Translations under genes and position numbers: made by a program
Shown here: one piece after another, positions 16,361 to 22,499 of the stretch
How the letters are laid out: each line of letters starts with the position of its first letter
Position numbering within the stretch: the stretch's first letter is position 1
Source of the DNA: an uncultured archaeon
GTDB lineage: Archaea > Iainarchaeota > Iainarchaeia > Iainarchaeales > 0-14-0-20-30-16
Assembly: GCA_964480435.1 (NCBI GenBank)
Contig: CAYZSS010000006.1
Span: 3,399 to 35,398, forward strand
Direction of reading: 5' to 3'
Length of the DNA stretch: 32,000 bases
The notes under the pieces: model-generated
Databases searched by the model: none
What the model saw: the letters and a program-made list of their open reading frames with translations, nothing else
Told to the model about the DNA's origin: nothing

Positions 16361-17992
16361 TTATTTTATTGAATTATAAATCATCTTGTGTGTTCCGATA
16401 AGTTCTTGTCCTACATTGTAATTGGGTAAGTTTTTTTGTAAAATTATTTTTAATGTCTCTGCTCTTTTTGTGTGTTTTATTTTGTAATTTAAACTTGAGG
16501 TGCCAGGGTCAGTTTTTTTGCCACAATAATAATTAGAAATTTTGCTTTTTTTTGTAAGCATAAATTTACTTATTTGGAAACTAAAAATGTTATTCTTATT
16601 TTGTAATACAAGTTGTATAGTTTTTTTAAAATCAACATTTGTTTCTCCTGGAAAATCAGTCATTAAATAGATGTGATTAGCAATACCTGCTTTTGTGGTG
16701 CTACTAAGGATTTTTTTGACATCTGAAATTTTATATCCCTTGTTCATTAAATCAATTATCTTTTGAGACCCACTTTCTAAGCCAAAAGACAAAAATTGAC
16801 AGCCTGCTTTGTTTAATAAGTTACAAAAGTCTTTATCTTTAAAATCTTTTTCTAGTCTGCAAGCCGTTTCCCAATTTACCTTTTTATTTATAAGTTTGTC
16901 TGCTAGCTGTTTGAGGTAAGAAGGATGTATTGCTTCATCTACAAATCTAAAATAATTTACTCCATATTCTTTTTTAAAATAGCATAATTCTTCAATGGTT
17001 TTTTTAATTCCTTTAATACGGTATAATTTATTATAACCCTCACAAATATCGCAAAAGGTACATTTATTCCAATAACAGTTTCTTGAAAAAATAGTAGGTA
17101 ACACTTTTTCTGGAGATAAATATAAGTTTAGGGGGTAGCCATCAAAGTTAGGAGTTGGAAGGTCTTTAAGTAAAATTTGTTTATCAACTGAACCATTTCT
17201 GGTTATTTTTTTATCGTGCCAAAGCAAACCAGGTACTTCTTCTAAACTGCTATTATTTTTTATGGTGTTTATTAGTTTTTGCAGAGGGATTTCGCCTTCT
17301 TTCTCAATGTAAAAATCAACATATTTGAAATAGAGTTCGTTTTTTAAAATGTCTTTAGCTAAACGTGTAATTGTTGTGCCGCCAAATACAATTTTTATGT
17401 TTTTGTGCTTTTCTTTTATTTTTTTTGCTAAATCAAAGGCGGGAACAAGCTGGTCAATTAATACTATTGAAAAACCAACTAATGTGGGCTTTGTTTTTAG
17501 TATTTGTTTTATGATACTTTCATTAAATTTGGAAAAAATACTTTCTTCGTTTAGATTTTTTAACATTTTTTTTGGATTATTTGTCCCGTATTTTGGTTTA
17601 TATTGTGTTAAAGATAATGTTTCGCCAGGAAATGCGCTTGAAATAAGGTGTAATGCATATTTTATCATTCTTGCATGTTTTGTGTAGTTTTGTAAATCAA
17701 GTAAAACGGCTCTATTACGTATTTGTTTTTTGCTATTTTCTATATTATCAACAAGATAATCTGACATTATTAGCGCGAGTTTCTGGGCTTTGTTTCGCTT
17801 TTTCATTTTTTTTAGTCTGTGTTTGCACAATTGTAAATATTTTTTTGTTAATAGCTGATCATACGCCATTACATTAGCATCGATTATTTCTACTGTTATT
17901 CCTTCCCCTTCAAGATATCCTTTTAAAAGCGGTATTGCTAAGTGTGGATGAATGGGATTAATTTGTGGAGGGAAAATAAGTAATGTTTTCAT
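16361..17992 (-). CDS. B12-binding-domain radical SAM enzyme (class B-like)
   Basis: The N-terminal MKTLLIFPPQINPIHPHLAIPLLKGYLEGEGITVEIIDAN and IKIVFGGTTIT are typical of the cobalamin-binding Rossmann domain of class B radical SAM proteins. The cluster region is SRNCYWNKCTFCDIC (Cys306, Cys311, Cys314, Cys317; nt 17077-17042). SFGLESGS is the radical SAM GGE-like motif. Confidence 0.8.
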   Translation of the reverse strand: MKTLLIFPPQINPIHPHLAIPLLKGYLEGEGITVEIIDANVMAYDQLLTKKYLQLCKHRLKKMKKRNKAQKLALIMSDYLVDNIENSKKQIRNRAVLLDLQNYTKHARMIKYALHLISSAFPGETLSLTQYKPKYGTNNPKKMLKNLNEESIFSKFNESIIKQILKTKPTLVGFSIVLIDQLVPAFDLAKKIKEKHKNIKIVFGGTTITRLAKDILKNELYFKYVDFYIEKEGEIPLQKLINTIKNNSSLEEVPGLLWHDKKITRNGSVDKQILLKDLPTPNFDGYPLNLYLSPEKVLPTIFSRNCYWNKCTFCDICEGYNKLYRIKGIKKTIEELCYFKKEYGVNYFRFVDEAIHPSYLKQLADKLINKKVNWETACRLEKDFKDKDFCNLLNKAGCQFLSFGLESGSQKIIDLMNKGYKISDVKKILSSTTKAGIANHIYLMTDFPGETNVDFKKTIQLVLQNKNNIFSFQISKFMLTKKSKISNYYCGKKTDPGTSSLNYKIKHTKRAETLKIILQKNLPNYNVGQELIGTHKMIYNSIK

Positions 17993-18017
17993 AATCTCGC
18001 CTAATAAAATAAAAAAA

Positions 18018-18143
18018 CTAGAAGTGGCATTCGGTTTTGTTATAGTCAGAAAGAATTAAATCCGCTATTTGCCTATATTTTTCTAGTTTACAACTATTAA
18101 AGCCTGCGAATAGGTCTTTTATGCTTTTCACATTTGAGTTCAT
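18018..18143 (-). CDS. Candidate 41-aa ORF immediately upstream (25 nt) of the B12-radical SAM gene; speculative
   Basis: My translation is MNSNVKSIKDLFAGFNSCKLEKYRQIADLILSDYNKTECHF*. TATA-like TTTATTATA (plus-strand 18163-18171) is centred about 24 nt upstream of its ATG, so a transcript starting there would be leaderless on this ORF. There is no homology evidence. It could simply be the 5' UTR of the radical SAM gene. Confidence 0.25.
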   Translation of the reverse strand: MNSNVKSIKDLFAGFNSCKLEKYRQIADLILSDYNKTECHF

Positions 18144-18201
18144 ATGTATATTTGATCTGACCTATAATAAAAACTCTTTCACAAAACTGTTTTTAATAAT
18201 G

Positions 18202-18223
18202 ACAAAATATATATTGCTTTTGT
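18202..18223. promoter_or_regulatory. Promoter/operator candidate of tandem-Lrp paralog 1: ACAAAA-TATATATT-gc-TTTTGT
   Basis: The inverted half-sites ACAAAA (18202-18207) and TTTTGT (18218-18223) flank the TATA box TATATATT (18208-18215), which is centred about 28 nt before the ATG at 18240. The same architecture occurs upstream of paralog 2 (22464-22492). Confidence 0.5.
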
Positions 18224-18239
18224 AACTATTAGTAAATAT

Positions 18240-19187
18240 ATGCTTACAAAGACGGATAAAAATATTTTATATGAATTAGATAAAAATGCCAGACTGTCTG
18301 GGACCCAAATTGCTAATAAATTAAAATATTCTCCTGAAGCAGTAAATTATAATATTAGAAAACTAGAGAATCAAGGAGTTATTACAGATTATATTGCTGT
18401 AACAGATTTTTCTAAATTAGGCTTGACTCATTATAAATTTAATCTTAAGTTTAACCATTTGAACGAAAATATTAGAAAAGAGGTTGTTGATTTTTTAAAA
18501 AAAGAAAAATCAGTAAAATGGATTGCTGATTGTGAGGGTGATTTTGACCTGATGTTTTCAGTGCGGAGTAAAACTTTAAAAGAATTTGAAAAGCTGAAAA
18601 CAAGTTTGTTTTTTGAATTTGACAAATACTTAAATAAAAAAACAATAGTAACTGTTTCAGAAGCAACAATGTACACTCGTGGGTATATAACAAATAAAGA
18701 TAAAAAAGAGTTTGTGTTATATTCGGGATCAGATGAAATTGTAGTTTCGGATGAAGAAAGGCTTATATTGGATTCTTTAGCAGTTGGTTGTCGGGCATCT
18801 ATTTATGAATTAAGTAAAAAACTAGGTATTACTCCTCGGGTAATTAGGTATGCTATAAAAAAACTAGAAAACAAAAAAATAATTTCGGGCTATAAGTTGG
18901 CAATAAATTATTCAAAAATGAATTACCTCTTTTTTAAATTATTCATAAACTTACAATCTGCATCAGATTCAAGGATTTTTGCTTTTAAACAATATTGTGA
19001 ACAACACCCTAATTTTACTTATTGGGTAAGGGTTATTGGGTCTTGGGATATGGAACATGAAATTGAAGTGCCTAGTGTACAAGAATTTAATAAGCTTCTT
19101 GGCGAGATAAGACGCAACTTTTCAGATATTATTCAAACAATGAATTCTGTTATGATTACTCATGAATACAAATTAATTCATGCTTAA
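18240..19187 (+). CDS. Tandem (duplicated) Lrp/AsnC-type protein: two HTH + RAM-like modules in one chain (paralog 1)
   Basis: Module 1 is TDKNILYELDKNARLSGTQIANKLKYSPEAVNYNIRKLENQGVITDY followed by VKWIADCEGDFDLMFSV. Module 2 is SDEERLILDSLAVGCRASIYELSKKLGITPRVIRYAIKKLENKKIISGY followed by YWVRVIGSWDMEHEIEV. Both fit the Lrp/AsnC pattern (lD..d.kIl..L..naR.s..eiA..lg.s...v..Ri.kLe..GvI.gy, then V....tG.yDl...v). Confidence 0.7.
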   Translation: MLTKTDKNILYELDKNARLSGTQIANKLKYSPEAVNYNIRKLENQGVITDYIAVTDFSKLGLTHYKFNLKFNHLNENIRKEVVDFLKKEKSVKWIADCEGDFDLMFSVRSKTLKEFEKLKTSLFFEFDKYLNKKTIVTVSEATMYTRGYITNKDKKEFVLYSGSDEIVVSDEERLILDSLAVGCRASIYELSKKLGITPRVIRYAIKKLENKKIISGYKLAINYSKMNYLFFKLFINLQSASDSRIFAFKQYCEQHPNFTYWVRVIGSWDMEHEIEVPSVQEFNKLLGEIRRNFSDIIQTMNSVMITHEYKLIHA

Positions 19188-19297
19188 TATTTGAAAAGAA
19201 ATAAGTCTGGCAAGAAATCTGTTTAGAAATTAGAACTGCTAATTTTTATGCTTTTACATCTTATTTATATTAGAAAAATATATTTTGTGTGATAATT

Positions 19298-20107
19298 ATG
19301 GTGATGCGAAAACCAATTCATAAAGAAATACAAGAACCCAAAAAAGAAGGAAGAGGGGCTGTGGTATTAAGTATTTTAGAAAAAGATTTAGTATCTTATC
19401 GTAATTCTGCTGCTCATTCTTTTGTTTCACAACCCCGGATAATGCGTAGAAGAGAATGGGTAAAAACAATAATAAACCGTGGTGCGTTTTTGTCTATTGA
19501 TAATTTAGAAAAATCAACAGAATATTTTAGGGCCAATATTCAGGAATTAGAAAGAAGATTTAGTGTAATTCCTGCAGTAATAGAAGGTGCAGAAATTAGT
19601 TATGGTGAAAAAGTGCTTTTTGAAATAACTGGTAGATTAAGAAGGTTAGAAGCAATTAGACTAAAAAGTGATGAACGTGTTATTTTAAATTTATTAAAAG
19701 AAGAAGTGGAAAGATTAAATTACGCAAATGCCCTTGCTTTAGAATGGGGCTCTTTTTTTGAAAGAAATAGAAATATTTCTCCTGGGGAAATAGATGGGCT
19801 GGTTGCAAGAATAATTGAGGCAGGAATAACAGGGGACTTTTCTGGTCCAAATAAGTTTCAGGCAATGGCTTTCACTCCTGATGTGTTGATTGATGCTAAA
19901 AAAGCTATTATGCTTGAAGAACAAACAAAAGAAGGTATACGTTATAGGTTAAATCCTGAATTTGCTTTAAGGTTAGTGGCTGCAGCAAAAGCAAAGTTAC
20001 TTGCTGGGTATTTGTCTGGGTTTAAATCTTTAAAGACATCCGAACTTGATTCTGAGGTAAAACCTGTTCTTGAGAAAGTAGAATCTATTTTAAGTAGAGT
20101 AAAATAA
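19298..20107 (+). CDS. Hypothetical protein, mostly alpha-helical, Arg-rich relative to neighbours; no family recognised
   Basis: The ORF is open from the GTG at 19289. The ATG at 19298 sits about 27 nt downstream of the TATA-like TTTATATT (19266-19273). By hand count it has about 24 Arg against about 21 Lys, while neighbouring proteins run roughly 1 Arg per 3 Lys. I found no recognisable catalytic or binding motifs, except a weak RNSAAH match (see rejected). Confidence 0.55.
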   Translation: MVMRKPIHKEIQEPKKEGRGAVVLSILEKDLVSYRNSAAHSFVSQPRIMRRREWVKTIINRGAFLSIDNLEKSTEYFRANIQELERRFSVIPAVIEGAEISYGEKVLFEITGRLRRLEAIRLKSDERVILNLLKEEVERLNYANALALEWGSFFERNRNISPGEIDGLVARIIEAGITGDFSGPNKFQAMAFTPDVLIDAKKAIMLEEQTKEGIRYRLNPEFALRLVAAAKAKLLAGYLSGFKSLKTSELDSEVKPVLEKVESILSRVK

Positions 20108-20375
20108 GTTTTTTATAAAGAGTATATTTTTTGTTTTTTTCAAAACTTTCTAACAGTGGGTAATTGTGTTTCTTGGTAAGGCATTACAGTTATTATTTCT
20201 AAGATATTAAATAAAAATACACAATATAATAAAAAAGGTATAATTGATAACTTTGTCTATCGGGAAAACGGAAAAAACTAAAATGATTGTTATGTTGATT
20301 AATTTAAGAGGAATTATTGTTTTATCTGGGTATTAATTTAAATATAATAAAGTTCAAATTAATATGTGATTTATT

Positions 20376-20570
20376 ATGGTTAGAGAATTTAAGAAGTTTA
20401 AATTGCCTGGAAAAGACGGTGCAACAACAAGAGACAGAAACACAAAGCCCTTAGAAAAAGTAAGGACCCCAATTAAACCTGTTAGTACTTATTCTGCCCG
20501 TGGCAGAATAGGGTCTGTTGTTGCCTCTTTATTATTAGCATTTGCAGCGGGGGGGCAAAGGCGGATGTAA
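20376..20570 (+). CDS. 64-aa ORF: basic N-terminal region plus a hydrophobic segment, ending 13 nt after a G7 tract; probably the 5' part of the next ORF
   Basis: The translation is MVREFKKFKLPGKDGATTRDRNTKPLEKVRTPIKPVSTYSARGRIGSVVASLLLAFAAGGQRRM*. TATA-like TTTAAATATAATAAA (20337-20351) lies about 28-32 nt upstream of the ATG. The stop TAA shares its last A with the next ATG (ATGTAATG). Confidence 0.5.
   Translation: MVREFKKFKLPGKDGATTRDRNTKPLEKVRTPIKPVSTYSARGRIGSVVASLLLAFAAGGQRRM
20549..20555 (+). other. G7 homopolymer, equal to a phased G_GGG_GGG slippery heptamer (candidate frameshift or phase-variation site)
   Basis: The sequence is gca gcG GGG GGG caa in the ORF 20376 frame. The downstream ORF is in the -1 frame, which is open from 20486. 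Confidence 0.5.
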
Positions 20571-21244
20571 TGCCTGGCTCTCCATCAAATGTTGCGAGAA
20601 CAAAAACTACAGCGGTATCCACATATAACGAAGCAGGCAAAGATTATTTTTTGCATAATCTTGGAATATCTAGAGAAGTAGCGGAGTCAGTAGGGTTGCG
20701 ATTAGAATACACATATATTGTAGTTGGTGGTAAAAAAATACTGACGCCCACTTTTATCTTTGCAGGGGGTAAGGCGATTTCTTTTGGTGCAGGAATTGGT
20801 TTAAGTGATCTTAAACTTAAGGAGGGTACTTTTTTAAGGCCGGTTGCTAGGGCAGGTGTATCTTTTACTTTGCCTAAAACTGGGACTGGTGTAGAAGTAA
20901 AAGCACTTAACATTGCCCGCGATATGCAAAGTTTTTTTGGGACACTAGAAGTAAACCAAGAATTAGTAAAAGACTGGCTATCTGCATCAGCAGAATATAT
21001 AAATATGGGTCTTAAAAAAAATGACGTACAATTTGGTTTAAAACTGTCGCTTCAAGAAATTGTTAGGCACCCATTAACAATACAATTTATAAAAAGTTTG
21101 AAAAACGCCCATACCAATTATGAATTTTATGTGTCTACCCCTGTAATGATTGGGGGGAATAACGCATATTTATCTATTGGGGTTTATGGTGCAAAAAAAG
21201 AGCATGTGGGTACATTATTTTTTACAATTCCATTTGGTAAATAG
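20570..21244 (+). CDS. 224-aa beta-strand-rich hypothetical protein (Gly/Ala/Val/Thr-rich, alternating hydrophobic pattern)
   Basis: About 12 segments show alternating hydrophobic/polar residues: LRLEYTYIVV, TPTFIFAG, AISFGAGIGL, GVSFTLP, GVEVKALNIA, FGTLEVN, SAEYINMGL, VQFGLKLSL, LTIQFIKSL, YEFYVSTPV, AYLSIGVYGA, GTLFFTIPF. It has no N-terminal signal peptide of its own unless fused to the upstream ORF. Confidence 0.55.
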   Translation: MPGSPSNVARTKTTAVSTYNEAGKDYFLHNLGISREVAESVGLRLEYTYIVVGGKKILTPTFIFAGGKAISFGAGIGLSDLKLKEGTFLRPVARAGVSFTLPKTGTGVEVKALNIARDMQSFFGTLEVNQELVKDWLSASAEYINMGLKKNDVQFGLKLSLQEIVRHPLTIQFIKSLKNAHTNYEFYVSTPVMIGGNNAYLSIGVYGAKKEHVGTLFFTIPFGK

Positions 21245-21271
21245 TTTTTTATAAAAAAAGAAAAGGAAAAA

Positions 21272-22381
21272 TTAGTTTATTTTTACTAATTTTTCGCCAT
21301 CTACTTTGTATATTCCGAAGCTTGCTCTATCTAATATTCCATCAGCATCAAATTTATGGTCTCCCAAAATTCCTTTATAACTCATGGAATATAATTCTGA
21401 TTTTACTTTTTCTGGGTCAAAAGAATCTATACTTTCTATTGCAGTTTTTAGCATAAATAATGAATCATATGCCCAGCCGTAACAAAGCGAATCTATTGCC
21501 ATTCCCTCTGTTTTTTTAGTTACTGTTTTTATTAATTCTTCATCAGAAATTTTTGCTTCTGCTTTTATTGTATATGCTCCGTTTGTAGCTGACCCTAATG
21601 ATTTTATTGTTTCGGGAGTTAACATCTGTGGAATATATAGTGGTATTTTTATTCCAAGTTGTTGGGCATCTTTTAATGTGTTCTCGGTTGGCCCAGGAAA
21701 TTGTGCGGCATATATTAATTCTGGCTTTGAATCTGCAGCTTTTTGTAAAACTGTTTTAAAGCTAATCTCATCTTTTGCAGTTCCTTCTACAGATACAATA
21801 GTACCTCCTAATTTTTCAAAGCTTGAAATAAATCCTGTTTTTTCTCCTTCTCCCCAATCGTTGAGAGTATATATTATTGCAACTTTTCTAACACCTAAGG
21901 TACCGTAAATATATTCTGCCGATACTTTTGTTTCTAACTCATCTAATGGGAATAATACAAATGAATAATCTCCGGCAGTTCTTACTTTTGGTGCTGATGC
22001 ACAATATGATATATGTATTGTTTCTGTGCTTTCTGCGATGGCTGCTCCAGATAATACTTCAGGGGAACACAAACCACCGATAATATAATCTACATCATCT
22101 ACTTGTATTAGTTTGTTGTATGCTTCACTTCCACCTGATGAACTGCACTTTCCATCTTCGTAGATTATTTCAAAAGGTACTCCGTTTATTTTGTAGCCCA
22201 TTTTTTCTGCAGCTTCTTCAACAGCTATTTTTGATGGTACTCCAAAAACGGCCATGTCTCCAGATAGAGGCCCTACAAAACCAATCTTTATTTTTGGTTC
22301 ATTTTTTTCTAATCCCAGGAAAACCCCTAGAATAACAGCAATTACTAATATTGCTCCTACAAACAAATAACTTTTTTTCAC
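21272..22381 (-). CDS. LivJ/Peripla_BP_6-type ABC substrate-binding protein with an N-terminal anchor (second orphan copy), GTG start
   Basis: IKIGFVGPLSGDMAVFGVPSKIAVEEAAEKMGYKINGVPFEIIYEDGKCSSSGGSEAYNKLI fits the same family signature as 6231..7349. The N-terminal helix is YLFVGAILVIAVILGVFLGL. A strong SD, AGGAGGGGA, lies 6 nt upstream of the GTG at 22381. Confidence 0.8.
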   Translation of the reverse strand: MKKSYLFVGAILVIAVILGVFLGLEKNEPKIKIGFVGPLSGDMAVFGVPSKIAVEEAAEKMGYKINGVPFEIIYEDGKCSSSGGSEAYNKLIQVDDVDYIIGGLCSPEVLSGAAIAESTETIHISYCASAPKVRTAGDYSFVLFPLDELETKVSAEYIYGTLGVRKVAIIYTLNDWGEGEKTGFISSFEKLGGTIVSVEGTAKDEISFKTVLQKAADSKPELIYAAQFPGPTENTLKDAQQLGIKIPLYIPQMLTPETIKSLGSATNGAYTIKAEAKISDEELIKTVTKKTEGMAIDSLCYGWAYDSLFMLKTAIESIDSFDPEKVKSELYSMSYKGILGDHKFDADGILDRASFGIYKVDGEKLVKIN

Positions 22382-22463
22382 AGCGTCCCCTCCTTTTGGT
22401 TGCTATTTATTACTGGTTTTCTATATTTTTATGCCTTTCTTGAAATATTTTTTCTAATTCGAA

Positions 22464-22492
22464 ACAAAAGTATATATTATTTTCTGTTTTGT
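22464..22492. promoter_or_regulatory. Promoter/operator candidate of tandem-Lrp paralog 2: ACAAAA-g-TATATATT-attttctg-TTTTGT
   Basis: The parts are ACAAAA (22464-22469), TATATATT (22471-22478, centred about 26 nt before the ATG at 22500) and TTTTGT (22487-22492). It is homologous in layout to 18202-18223. Confidence 0.5.
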
Positions 22493-22499
22493 AATACTT

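Noticed and set aside
19400-19417. HEPN-like Rx4H motif (Y-RNSAAH-S) in the 272-aa hypothetical protein
   Set aside because: The match to RNxxAH is good. However, it lies only about 38 residues from the N-terminus, whereas the HEPN motif normally follows three helices (about 80-100 residues into the domain). There is no partner (nucleotidyltransferase or antitoxin) nearby, and a chance occurrence is plausible. It is worth a structure prediction but is not callable.
19188-21271. Integrated virus or mobile element explanation for the atypical block
   Set aside because: I could find no integrase, transposase, tRNA target or flanking direct/inverted repeats. Three genes are too few to call a provirus. 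Only the compositional oddity remains, and it is reported as a finding.
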